The notes beneath the pieces were generated by a model that did no database searches, was not told the DNA's origin, and worked only from the letters and a program-made list of their open reading frames with translations. The translations under genes and the position numbers were made by a program. A stretch of 63,970 nt of DNA, filler included, from Octopus bimaculoides (Eukaryota): the NCBI RefSeq assembly GCF_001194135.2. It is 5 parts of 4 records of this genome, joined end to end, with 100 filler letters (N's around TTAATTAATTAA, not from the genome) between each part and the next. Parts side by side here need not be neighbours in the genome. Positions count along the whole stretch, not along the records: positions 1 to 7,997 come from NC_068986.1; positions 8,098 to 15,841 come from NC_068997.1; 3 more parts are not named here. One strand, given 5' to 3'. Each line of letters begins with the position of its first letter. Positions within the stretch are counted from its first letter, which is position 1. This document shows, piece after piece, positions 1-10,820 of the stretch.

Positions 1-120
1 ACCCAGTTTTGACAGAAATTATTCGCCAGGAGCTGCACAAAGCCGGATTTCATGGGAAGGCTGCAATCAGAAAAGCACTACTTTCAAAAACAAACGTTGG
101 AAAGCGTTTAGAGTGGGGAA
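1..120 (+). mobile_element. Tc1-family transposase fragment
   Basis: Translation IIRQELHKAGFHGKAAIRKALLSKTNVGKRLEW matches the Tc1 pattern 'IRRRLHEAGLHGRxAxKKPLLSxxNxxxRLEW'; similarity is lost after about 120. Confidence 0.75.
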
Positions 121-682
121 TAAATGATTTTTCCCGCACGAGGTTTTTTCACGCTAGCTACTTGATAAATTCTTGTAAAAATTTTATCCTATTATTGAAT
201 TAATTAAATATATAACCGGAACATATTCAGTGCTGAATTTTATTCTGGAAAAAAAAAAACACATGTACCGAGATGCAATTCAATAAAAGCCCGCCTCTTA
301 CATAGATATATAGGGATAAACAATCTTCTATGTACTATGCTGGATACAAGAGGTGTTTGTTTGTTTGGTATGTTGAATTTTTGTTTATTTTTATGTATTT
401 TGACCATACTGTACTGATGAGCAGAGGTTACATATTCCTGTAATAACTGCGAAATCGACGATATATAGTTTAGTCTGTTTTTAAGAGGCCGGCTTTGAGA
501 ATTGCATTTCCTCGCGTTCAGTAAAAATGTGTTTATTATGGTAGTTTGACCTTAGAGTCCCTCATAGCGGGAAAGCTCATTTTTAATACTGACAGGGATG
601 ATAACAGCCCCACAGCGAAGCTAGATCAGTATACTTGACTAGTTTCGAATTTTTATACAGGCTGAGGGATAATTCTTTTCTA

Positions 683-850
683 CTTTTCTACTCGAGGCAC
701 AAGGCCCGAAACTTTTTGGGAGGAGGGGGCCAGTCGATTAGATCGACCCCAATACGCAACTGGTACTTAATTTATCGACCCCGAAAGGATGAAAAGCAAA
801 GCATTTCGCCTGGCGTGCCAACATTTCTGCCAGCATGCAGCCTTAGGCTG
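683..850 (-). mobile_element. tRNA-derived SINE family B (Deu/Nin-like central domain), internally deleted copy
   Basis: Contains the reverse complement of 'ctttgc(c)tttcatcctttcggggtcgataaattaagtaccag', shared with about 10 copies in the window. Confidence 0.8.
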
Positions 851-1603
851 CTGGATAATTGCGTAATTGCGATATCGGTGATGTCACAAGTATTAATTTA
901 CTCGGAGCATAAGCTCATTCAAACAATGTCTAACCCTCAACACACTAGATTAACCCACCGGTAACAAGACATTTTTTTATTTCATTCTTCTATCTGATAA
1001 GGAAGATTTTGCCCGAAATATTAAGAGATCATTAAACAATTTAGGCAGGTTAATATATTTTCTTCTCGTTATTTTCATTTATTGACATAAACTTAATATT
1101 TTACTATATATGTGTTAGATAGATAGATAGATAGATAAGAGAGAGAGGGGTAATCGAGAGAAAGAGAAAAAAGGGAAGTAGAAATTTCCTTATACAATCA
1201 TTGCTGCCACTTCGTATCTCTTCAAGCCAATGATGGAGTTTTTACGAAGTCACTCGACTTGCTGGATATAGTAGTCAAATAGCCCTTAAATAACATTTGG
1301 ATGTCTTAAATAGAGAAAACATTAGCCAAGGTAATCCTAAATATATCTCTTTTACCATATCACAAATCTTGCTCCTTGAAGTTAACCTGAGGTTAAACAA
1401 CAACACTAGCAACAACTACAAACCAACAGCCAAAGCAACATTCACCACCTACTGTCACCAAAACAACACGACCTCACATTATTATTGTCATCACCATCAT
1501 TATTTCACATCACATCCACCACCACCCTGCCAACAACTGCACGACCACTAACGCGAAAACCAGTATTGCCAGCAACAACAACAACAACAACGTCGCCACT
1601 TAC

Positions 1604-1709
1604 TTCACGATATGTGCTATGAGAAAATCAAAGATACTTTGGTTAGGTTCCGGTAGTCCTCTCAGTAACATCTGTATAACTTTCGCCTGCCTCTCTGTGG
1701 TCTTTATAT
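1604..1709 (-). CDS. RhoGAP-domain gene (BCR/ABR-like), exon d, 106 nt
   Basis: Acceptor ttgatttacag|AT, donor AA|gtaagt; reads DIKTTERQAKVIQMLLRGLPEPNQSIFDFLIAHIV, fitting the RhoGAP 'LLxxLPxxNxxxLxFLxxHL' helix; phase-compatible with exon 3352-3486. Confidence 0.9.
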
Positions 1710-1766
1710 CTGTAAATCAATTTAAAATATATCAGTAAAAATATATATCACCTGGGGCACATTTTT

Positions 1767-2185
1767 AGGCGCAAGAGTAGCTGTGTGGTAAGTAGCTTGC
1801 TTACCAACCACATGGTTCTGGGTTCATTTCCACTGCGTGGCACCTTGGGCAAGTGTCTTCTACTATAGCCTCAGGCCGACCAAAGCCTTGTGAGTGGATT
1901 TGGTAGACGGAAACTGAAAGAAGCCTGTCGTATATATGTATATATATATGTGTATGTATGTGAGTGTATATGCCTGTGTGTCTGTGTTTCTCCCCCCAAC
2001 ATCACTTGACAACCGATGCTGGTGTGTTTACGTCCCCGTAACCTAGCGGTTCGGCAAAAGAGACCGATAGAATAAGTACTAGGCTTACAAAGAATAAGTC
2101 CTGGGGTCGATTTGCTCGACTAAAGGCGGTACTCCAGCATGGCCACAGTCAAATGACTGAAACAAGTAAAATAGAGTAAAGAGAG
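1767..2185 (+). mobile_element. tRNA-derived SINE family A (CORE-like 'ccttgggcaagtg' domain, internal TA/TG microsatellite), full length
   Basis: A-box-like tagctgtgtggtaag, B-box-like gggttcatttcc, tail aaacaagtaaaa(gagtaaa)n; near-identical copies at 10382, 15942, 17148, 40372 and 45543. Confidence 0.85.
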
Positions 2186-2257
2186 TATCAATAAAAAAAA
2201 ACATCAATCATTGCACTTACAAAGATGCAGGCCAAACTGCACCAATGATTCATACAC

Positions 2258-2318
2258 AATATTGGTTTCAAATTTTGGCACAAGGCCAGCAATTTTGGAG
2301 GAGGGTATAAGTCGATTA
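2258..2318 (-). mobile_element. SINE family B 3' end, truncated by a gap
   Basis: ggtttcaaattttggcacaaggccagcaattttgg is the reverse complement of the tail at 45060-45097. Confidence 0.65.
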
Positions 2319-3351
2319 NNNNNNNNNNNNNNNNNNNNNNNNNNNNNNNNNNNNNNNNNNNNNNNNNNNNNNNNNNNNNNNNNNNNNNNNNNNNNNNNNN
2401 NNNNNNNNNNNNNNNNNNNNNNNNNNNNNNNNNNNNNNNNNNNNNNNNNNNNNNNNNNNNNNNNNNNNNNNNNNNNNNNNNNNNNNNNNNNNNNNNNNNN
2501 NNNNNNNNNNNNNNNNNNNNNNNNNNNNNNNNNNNNNNNNNNNNNNNNNNNNNNNNNNNNNNNNNNNNNNNNNNNNNNNNNNNNNNNNNNNNNNNNNNNN
2601 NNNNNNNNNNNNNNNNNNNNNNNNNNNNNNNNNNNNNNNNNNNNNNNNNNNNNNNNNNNNNNNNNNNNNNNNNNNNNNNNNNNNNNNNNNNNNNNNNNNN
2701 NNNNNNNNNNNNNNNNNNNNNNNNNNNNNNNNNNNNNNNNNNNNNNNNNNNNNNNNNNNNNNNNNNNNNNNNNNNNNNNNNNNNNNNNNNNNNNNNNNNN
2801 NNNNNNNNNNNNNNNNNNNNNNNNNNNNNNNNNNNNNNNNNNNNNNNNNNNNNNNNNNNNNNNNNNNNNNNNNNNNNNNNNNNNNNNNNNNNNNNNNNNN
2901 NNNNNNNNNNNNNNNNNNNNNNNNNNNNNNNNNNNNNNNNNNNNNNNNNNNNNNNNNNNNNNNNNNNNNNNNNNNNNNNNNNNNNNNNNNNNNNNNNNNN
3001 NNNNNNNNNNNNNNNNNNNNNNNNNNNNNNNNNNNNNNNNNNNNNNNNNNNNNNNNNNNNNNNNNNNNNNNNNNNNNNNNNNNNNNNNNNNNNNNNNNNN
3101 NNNNNNNNNNNNNNNNNNNNNNNNNNNNNNNNNNNNNNNNNNNNNNNNNNNNNNNNNNNNNNNNNNNNNNNNNNNNNNNNNNNNNNNNNNNNNNNNNNNN
3201 NNNNNNNNNNNNNNNNNNNNNAGGAGGCAGGGGAGGAGGAGGAGGAGGCAGGGGAGGAGAAGGACGCAGGGGGAGGGGCAGCAGCAGTAGCAGCAAAAAA
3301 ATTTGAAGGATTGGAGGTGGCGTAAATACAGAAGTCAGTAAAGTAACTTAC

Positions 3352-3486
3352 CATCAGAGCTTACATAAAATTTCGAATTGTCTAGAAGCGGGTGTGGTAG
3401 ACTCAAGAGGAAATTCATAAGCAGATTGGTTATATCATGTACAGAATATTTTCTGTCCTTGATGGAAAGCGCCCCAGTAAAACTGC
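3352..3486 (-). CDS. RhoGAP-domain gene (BCR/ABR-like), exon c, 135 nt
   Basis: Acceptor tttttctatctgtattcaatcag|GC, donor G|gtaagt; reads (C)SFTGALSIKDRKYSVHDITNLLMNFLLSLPHPLLDNSKFYVSSD, matching RhoGAP 'DVHxVAxLLKxFLRxLPEPLL'. Confidence 0.9.
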
Positions 3487-3648
3487 CTGATTGAATACAG
3501 ATAGAAAAACACATAAAAATGGCCATACCATGCCCACTTACCATTTAGAGAGAAAAAAAAAAGAAAACACTCGATTAAGGCATCTCAAATATCTCCATCT
3601 ACCCCTATATCTCCACCTCCTAAGATCTGCTACTCCTTCTTCCTCTAA

Positions 3649-4085
3649 TTTCTTTATTGCCCACAAGGGGCTAAACATAGAGGGGACAAACAAGGACAGA
3701 CAAGGGATTAAGTCGATTAGATCGAGCCCAGTGCGTAACTGGTACTTAATTTATCGGCCCCGAAAGGATAAAAGGCAAAGTCGAACTTGGCGGAATTTGA
3801 ACTCAGAACATAACGGCAGACGAAATACGACTAAGCATTTCGCCCGGCATGCTAACGTTTCTTATTTCTTTATTGCCCGCAAGGGGCTAAACATAGAGGG
3901 GACAAACAAGGATAGACAAAGGGATTAAGTCGATTACATCGACCCCAGTGCGTAACTGGTACTTAATCTATCGACCCCGAAAGGATGAAAGGCAAAATCG
4001 ACCTCGGCGGAATTTGAGCTCAGAACATAAAAACGGAAGAAATGCCGGTAAACATTTTTTCCAGCTTGCTAACGATTCTGCCAGA
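3649..4085 (-). mobile_element. Two head-to-tail SINE family B copies (3649-3860, 3861-4085) in a RhoGAP intron
   Basis: Repeated ttctttattgccc(a/g)caaggggctaaacatagaggggacaaacaagga...gtactta...cgaaaggat...ctaacg. Confidence 0.85.
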
Positions 4086-4150
4086 GTATTTTCAATTTAA
4101 AGAGGCGTCAAACGTCTTAATCGACCACTAGTTGATCAAATGGTACTTAC

Positions 4151-4228
4151 AGAGATCAAATACTCCCATTAGTTCTTCCACATGACTCTCGTTGCCAGGA
4201 ATTAAGTAGATATTTTCAACATCCAAAC
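4151..4228 (-). CDS. RhoGAP-domain gene (BCR/ABR-like), exon b, 78 nt, arginine-finger exon with Arg replaced by Leu
   Basis: Acceptor tttcgtttcttcttaaaacaaccgcaag|GT, donor T|gtaagt; reads (G)LDVENIYLIPGNESHVEELMGVFDL versus consensus GLxxEGIYRxSG; TTA (Leu) at 4203-4205. Confidence 0.9.
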
Positions 4229-4917
4229 CTTGCGGTTGTTTTAAGAAGAAACGAAAGAAAAAGTAGAGCAATTTAAATATAAACCTCCTATTGTAAAACA
4301 GTGTAAGATGCAGGACTAGAAGACAGTGGACATTATTCGTGGGTGAATGCTTCGTAACGGAGTTTGTAGTGGTGGTATACGTTGTAACGATAGTTATAGT
4401 AGTGGTGATCTTATGGTAGTGTTGGTGGTGTTGGTGTTGTTGTTGGTGATGGTGGTGATAGCAGCGGCAGAAACGGTGTTTTTTGAAGTGGTGGTGTTGA
4501 TGTGTAAAGACATTGGCAAGAGAAAATGATCAACCTTACGCTTAATATCATTTTGCACAGTCACAAGTACGTCATGAGGACAAATATAGGACATTGTTGT
4601 TATGCTACAGAGTGATGTGATATGGGGATATGTGACGTAATGCGGTGTGATATTTTTGCTCTATACCAGATCAATCCTTCGATAGAAAACTTGTTAAGGT
4701 TATCTCTACAGATTTTTCTATAGAGATTATAGCCAGCACTGATTTAGTTACACCATTTCATATCCAAAACACCTGATGTAAACAACAATGAGATCGAAGA
4801 TCAAAAATGGATAATGGGTGTATATGACATATTTCAGGAGATTTTGCTCCTTCGTCAGAGGCACATCAGACCCATTAATCATCCACTAAGTAACGCAGTA
4901 TAGAAGAAGATAGAGAA

Positions 4918-5424
4918 GGCACTCCATCGCTTACGACGTCGAGTGCTCCAGTTGATCCGATCAACGGAACAGCCTGCTCGTGAAATCAACGTGCAAGTGG
5001 CTGAGCACTCCACAGACACGTGTACCCTTAAGGTAGTTCTCGGGGAGATTCAGCGTGACACAGTGTGACAAGGCTGACCCTTTGAATTACAGGCACAACA
5101 GAAACAGGAAGTAAGAGTGAGAGAAAGTTGTGGTGAAAGAGTACAGCAGGGTTCGCTACCATCCCCTGNNNNNNNNNNTCAGCGTGACACAGTGTGACAA
5201 GGCTGACCCTTTGAATTACAGGCACAACAGAAACAGGAAGTAAGAGTGAGAGAAAGTTGTGGTGAAAGAGTACAGCAGGGTTCGCTACCATCCCCTGCCG
5301 GAGCCTCGTGGAGCTTTAGGTTTTTTCGCTCAATAAACACTCACAACGCCCGGTCTGGGAATCGAAACTGGGATCCTATGACCGCGAGTCCGCTGCCCTA
5401 ACCACTGAGCCATTGCGCCTCCAC
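4918..5424 (-). mobile_element. tRNA-Arg-like-headed SINE family C
   Basis: Minus strand begins gtggaggcgcaatggctcagtggttagggcagcggacTCGcggtcatagg...gtttcgattccc (A and B boxes, TCG in the anticodon position); a second 3' copy is at 5581-5775. Confidence 0.8.
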
Positions 5425-5580
5425 ATCGCAGTGTAATGTTATTGGATACCAGACTTACATATTAAACACATTCCTGGAAGCTGGTACATAAACATTAATG
5501 ACAGGTAAGGACATGCTATTTCGTTATGCAACCATAATATGCTACAAAGTATATTAAACGTTTTTATAATATACTTTGTA

Positions 5581-5775
5581 GTCATCGTGGCTCCGTCGGT
5601 TGCGACGACGAGGGTTCCAGTTGATCTGATCAACGGAACAGCCTGCTCGTGAAATTAACGTGCAAGTGGCTGAGTACTCCACAAACACGTGTACCCTTAA
5701 CGTAGTTCTCGGGGAGACTCAGCGTGGCACATAGTGTAACAGGACTGGCTCTTTAGAATACAGGTACAACAGAGA
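5581..5775 (-). mobile_element. SINE family C, 3' portion
   Basis: High identity to 4918-5110 (gatcaacggaacagcctgctcgtgaaat...gtgtacccttaa). Confidence 0.8.
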
Positions 5776-5814
5776 CATATTATTAGCATTATCCAATGAG
5801 TCCTTTTAGATGAG

Positions 5815-6330
5815 AAACGGACGTGATATGAAACGTGAGGATAATGTGACGTGATATGACGTTATATCGAGAACTTCACTGTGGGGAGATATGATGCTGC
5901 GTATAAAGTGATGTGATATCGATTGCTGTGATATGGTGAGATATAATTTAGTGTAGTGTCAAGTGATATAGCTTTATGTTGTGAGATACGATTCGGTATT
6001 TATTATGTGATATGATATCAAGAACTGATATGTTAAGATGTGTTGTGCTGTGTAAAAGAAATGTGATATCGCGTATTTTAATGTGATTGGATGTGATGTG
6101 GTGCAATATCCTGTGACAACCAGTGGTGTGAGGAAATTAGATGTGATGTGAGGAGAGTGGCATGTGATAATAATTACTATAAAATGATGTTACATAATAT
6201 GGCCCAATATTGTGTAATATCGAGTTCTGTCATGCGATGAGATACGACGAGATGTAATGTGAACTGATATCGTGTGTTCTGATGTGATATGATACTGCAT
6301 GCTCCGATGTAGTGACTTACGAGGTGGGAA
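5815..6330. repeat. Degenerate (GTGAT/ATGAT)n simple-repeat tract
   Basis: Dense recurring gtgat/tgata/atgtg units; similar tracts at 4610-4655 and 7365-7430. Confidence 0.65.
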
Positions 6331-6581
6331 TAATTTGATATCGAAGGTGTGTGGCCTAGGGATTAGGGTGCTGCACTGACAATGGAGCAGAGCTTTGTGT
6401 TCTTGAACGAAACCCTTCATGTGACATCGCATCAGTCAATTCATTTATGAATGAGTACTCTTGCGATAGATCTTGTATTCCGTTCAGGGGTAATGTTGTT
6501 ATTACGGTCACTCACACGCCATGGAGACCGAGAAGCCGGCCCCCATGACTCAAGTGAGCAGTGTCCAGGGGTTGAAGATAA

Positions 6582-6583
6582 TA

Positions 6584-6644
<61 letters not shown>

Positions 6645-6765
6645 CGACGACGACGACGACGGTGATGATGATGATCATGATGATCATGATGATCATGATG
6701 AAGATAATGAAGGGGATGAAGAAGATGATGACGTCGACGACGACGACAACGATGATATAATGTGA
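6582..6765. repeat. (GAT)n/(GAC)n microsatellite
   Basis: Directly visible. Confidence 0.95.
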
Positions 6766-7061
6766 TATNNNNNNNNNNNNNNNNNNNNNNNNNNNNNNNN
6801 NNNNNNNNNNNNNNNNNNNNNNNNNNNNNNNNNNNNNNNNNNNNNNNNNNNNNNNNNNNNNNNNNNNNNNNNNNNNNNNNNNNNNNNNNNNNNNNNNNNN
6901 NNNNNNNNNNNNNNNNNNNNNNNNNNNNNNNNNNNNNNNNNNNNNNNNNNNNNNNNNNNNNNNNNNNNNNNNNNNNGTAAACTTGAACAGATTCTGGAAG
7001 TGTTATAAGGTAATGGGGCAAAGAACCTCTTTCTCAAGTCTACAACACTTATGTGTCCTAC

Positions 7062-7123
7062 CTCTTTCTTCTATAAACTTAACACAACTTTCGAGAATTA
7101 GAGGAACGTCTCTCTTTTCACGT
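7062..7123 (-). CDS. RhoGAP-domain gene (BCR/ABR-like), exon a, 62 nt
   Basis: Acceptor tccttgatatttgcag|A, donor G|gtagga; reads REKRDVPLILESCVKFIEER(G), aligning with BCR/ABR-type RERSKVPYIVRQCVEEIERRG (recalled sequence). Confidence 0.85.
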
Positions 7124-7429
7124 CTGCAAATATCAAGGATATTAGGATAAGTATAGAGGTACTACGAAGATTATGCATGGATACATACATACATGCATAC
7201 ATATATATGTATACACAAACACACACACACATGTATATACATACATACATACATACATACATACATACATNNNNNNNNNNGTGATATGATATTGAATGTT
7301 TTTTTGTTTTTTTTCGTCGAGTAACATGAGAATCTCGAATGCTATAATGAGGTAAAAACGTGCTGCACTCTAATGTCATGTGATATCGGGTGATATGAAA
7401 TGGTGAGGTGTGATGCAGGATGAAGTGAT

Positions 7430-7610
7430 GTAAACTTGAACAGATTCTGGAAGTGTTATAAGGTAATGGGGCAAAGAACCTCTTTCTCAAGTCTACAACA
7501 CTTATGTGTCCTACCTCTTTCTTCTATAAACTTAACACAACTTTCGAGAATTAGAGGAACGTCTCTCTTTTCACGTCTGCAAATATCAAGGATATTAGGA
7601 TAAGTATAGA
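7430..7610 (-). other. Identical duplicate of 6977-7157, including RhoGAP exon a (7515-7576); probable assembly redundancy
   Basis: Exact copy at offset 453, with both copies abutting N gaps; the flanking CATA microsatellite is also repeated. Confidence 0.75.
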
Positions 7611-7808
7611 NNNNNNNNNNNNNNNNNNNNNNNNNNNNNNNNNNNNNNNNNNNNNNNNNNNNNNNNNNNNNNNNNNNNNNNNNNNNNNNNNNNNNNNNNN
7701 NNNNNNNNNNNNNNNNNNNNNNCATACATACATGCATACATATATATGTATACACAAACACACACACACATGTATATACATACATACATACATACATACA
7801 TACATACA

Positions 7809-7844
<36 letters not shown>

Positions 7845-7997
7845 TATAAATTTATTTCCCAAACGCATGGATAATTTATCCTGATCACGCTATTTATTAG
7901 CATTATCACGCGTTTGGGAAATAATTTTATTTCTGTATCTTACAATACATCTCAACGCTTCTGAAAAAGAACAAACTTTGTTTACTTTCATCGTAAA

Positions 7998-8097
7998 NNN
8001 NNNNNNNNNNNNNNNNNNNNNNNNNNNNNNNNNNNNNNNNNTTAATTAATTAANNNNNNNNNNNNNNNNNNNNNNNNNNNNNNNNNNNNNNNNNNNN
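7998..8097. other. Artificial scaffold spacer: 44 N + TTAATTAATTAA + 44 N
   Basis: The 12-mer gives stops in all six frames; exactly 100 bp; same construct occurs four times in the window. Confidence 0.95.
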
Positions 8098-8472
8098 GAA
8101 GTTATGTTGTTGGTGATATTCATGGTGGCGCTGGTGGTTGTGGGGCGACGGCGGCGGCGATTGTGGTTGTGGTGGTTGTGGTGGCGGCGGCGGCGGCCTT
8201 GGCGGCGGTGGTGCCTATGGTAATAATACAAATGTGGCTTTTTTAAACACCGTGTTCAACCACGAGTCAATCCTGACCAATTTTACCTATGGGTGCAAGA
8301 CCTTCTAGTCGTGGCCATCACAATCACTTAATTGAGTCATTTCATTGTCTATCAAGGAATGCATTACTCAAAAGTCCCCTTACATTGTAAAAGACAGCGT
8401 ATATATATGATTCGATGCAGTTTTTGACTGCTACATCCAGCATATCGAAAGACCACATGAAAGCCAACACAT

Positions 8473-8473
<1 letters not shown>

Positions 8474-8522
<49 letters not shown>

Positions 8523-8540
8523 TGTAGTAGTAGTAGCAGC

Positions 8541-8571
<31 letters not shown>

Positions 8572-8720
8572 TAGCTGTTATTGGAGTTGATATTGGCGGT
8601 GATGATTGTGATGGTAGTGGTGGTGGTGGTGGTGGTTATGGTGTTATTGGAGTTGATGTTGGCGGTGATGATTGTGGTGGTGATGGTGGTGGTGATGATG
8701 ATGGTTGTGGTGGGGGCAGA
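8474..8720. repeat. (TAG)n / (GGT)n microsatellites
   Basis: Directly visible. Confidence 0.9.
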
Positions 8721-9340
8721 GGGCGGGTGCTACTGATGGTCTGTACGTTAGTTAGACAGTTACAAGAGAGCTCTACAGTTGCCATATCNNNNNNNNNNNN
8801 NNNNNNNNNNNNNNNNNNNNNNNNNNNNNNNNNNNNNNNNNNNNNNNNNNNNNNNNNNNNNNNNNNNNNNNNNNNNNNNNNNNNNNNNNNNNNNNNNNNN
8901 NNNNNNNNNNNNNNNNNNNNNNNNNNNNNNNNNNNNNNNNNNNNNNNNNNNNNNNNNNNNNNNNNNNNNNNNNNNNNNNNNNNNNNNNNNNNNNNNNNNN
9001 NNNNNNNNNNNNNNNNNNNNNNNNNNNNNNNNNNNNNNNNNNNNNNNNNNNNNNNNNNNNNNNNNNNNNNNNNNNNNNNNNNNNNNNNNNNNNNNNNNNN
9101 NNNNNNNNNNNNNNNNNNNNNNNNNNNNNNNNNNNNNNNNNNNNNNNNNNNNNNNNNNNNNNNNNNNNNNNNNNNNNNNNNNNNNNNNNNNNNNNNNNNN
9201 NNNNNNNNNNNNNNNNNNNNNNNNNNNNNNNNNNNNNNNNNNNNNNNNNNNNNNNNNNNNNNNNNNNNNNNNNNNNNNNNNNNNNNNNNNNNNNNNNNNN
9301 NNNNNNNNNNNNNNNNNNNNNNNNNNNNNNNNNNNNNNNN

Positions 9341-9372
<32 letters not shown>

Positions 9373-9382
9373 GTCGCCATGC

Positions 9383-9655
9383 TTGACCGCTAAATCCACA
9401 AGGGTTTTTATTCTCTCTCTGGTTATTTTCTCTTATTTCTTTCTGTTGAAGAGCATAGACTCGAAACGTAAAAGACTTTCTCCCTTTCCTGAGCGTCAAA
9501 CTAATACATCTGCTTGTTGTTCATACACCTGTCTTCGTCTTTCGTTTTTCAACTATATATATTTATATGGTGTGATGGGTAAATTGTCCCCATTTTGTAT
9601 TTTTAACTTCGCACATGCGCATGGTTGCTTATGATTTTGTCGATTACACAGTATA
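9383..9655 (+). mobile_element. Penelope-like terminal-repeat-derived element carrying a minimal hammerhead-like motif
   Basis: ctgttgaagagcatagactcgaaacgta motif; homologous to the minus strand of 14060-14230 (shared aaactaat(a/g)ca(t/c)ctgcttgttgttc). Confidence 0.5.
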
Positions 9656-9927
9656 GTAGGGTCATTTTGACATCGTCTGTGAGAAAAACAACACCATAAC
9701 GCAATTTACTCTGCCAGAAATTTGGAAACGATATGCTGCACCGCTTGGTATTCGTGCTGGAAGCTCCAGTATGAAGATTTCAGAGTGATTGGGTGTCAAT
9801 CTGAGGACAGGGCAGTGGTTTCGGACGAGTTTCATGGTGATTACGAAGGTGCGGCAGCTCGGGGAACTCACTTCTGATAAGAAAAGAACTCTTGAATTCC
9901 GGCCATATAATTGAGAAAAAGGAGCTC

Positions 9928-10067
9928 GTCAGGATTTTGGATAATACTCCATTAGCGCGTCCGTTCGTTTAGTGAACTCGTCAAAACAAAATTTTGATCT
10001 TGATTTTGTCTTTTCGAGTTCGCTAAACGAACAAAAGCGCTAATAAAGAATTATTCCAAATTCTGAC
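9928..10067. mobile_element. Fold-back MITE-like element, about 65-bp imperfect inverted arms
   Basis: gtcaggattttggataat...gttcgtttagtgaactcg is the reverse complement, with mismatches, of cgagttcgctaaacgaac...attattccaaattctgac. Confidence 0.7.
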
Positions 10068-10121
10068 TGCCTTCTTTTTTTTCAATATACAATATCTGTA
10101 CACCACTTCAAACACTTCGTG

Positions 10122-10159
<38 letters not shown>

Positions 10160-10381
10160 NNNNNNNNNNTTAAAACCAGTGGTCTAGCATATAAAAAAAT
10201 CTGATAATTCAGAAAAATTTTATTAATGCGTATAAGAAGGGATGATATCTAGGTGGACATCCAATATGCTACAAAGAGGTCATCAACATATATATATATA
10301 TACATATATATATACATATATATACATATATACATATATGTGTGTGTGTGTGTATGTGTGTGTGTGTGTGTGTGTGTGTAT

Positions 10382-10768
10382 AGGCGCAGGCGTGACTGTG
10401 TTGAAAGAAGCTTGCTCTCCAACCATATGGTTCCGGGCTCAGCCTTACTGCGCGGCACCTCGGGCCGACCAAAGCCATGTGATTGGATTTGGTAGGCGGA
10501 AACTGAAAGGAACCCGTCGTGTATATATATATATATTTATGTGTGTGTCTCTTTCTGTCTGTGCTTGTCCCACCACCACCACCACCACCACCATCGCTTG
10601 ACAACTGACGCTGGTGTGTTTATGTCCCCGAAAACGTTTGCGGTTCGGCAAAAGTGACCGAAAGAACAAGTACTAGGCTTACAAAGAATAAGTCCTGAGG
10701 TCGATTTCTTCGTCTAAAGGAGGTGCTCCAGCATGGCCGCAGTCAAATAAGTGAAATGGGGAAAAGAG
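10382..10768 (+). mobile_element. SINE family A, full length
   Basis: Colinear with 1767-2185. Confidence 0.85.
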
Positions 10769-10773
10769 TTTAA

Positions 10774-10820
<47 letters not shown>

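Noticed and set aside
572-660. Candidate next RhoGAP exon (LYKNSKLVKYTDLASLWGC, faintly like NKMxxxNLAxxFGP)
   Set aside because: Weak acceptor adjacent to a SINE tail, early stop and poor motif match; the true exon may lie outside the window.
6977-7610. Tandem duplication of RhoGAP exon a as a mutually exclusive exon pair
   Set aside because: The copies are identical including intron sequence, and both end at N gaps; this is typical of unmerged contig overlap. Long reads would settle it.
8042-8053. TTAATTAATTAA as a biological palindrome or homeodomain site
   Set aside because: Always centred in exactly 44+44 Ns; synthetic linker.
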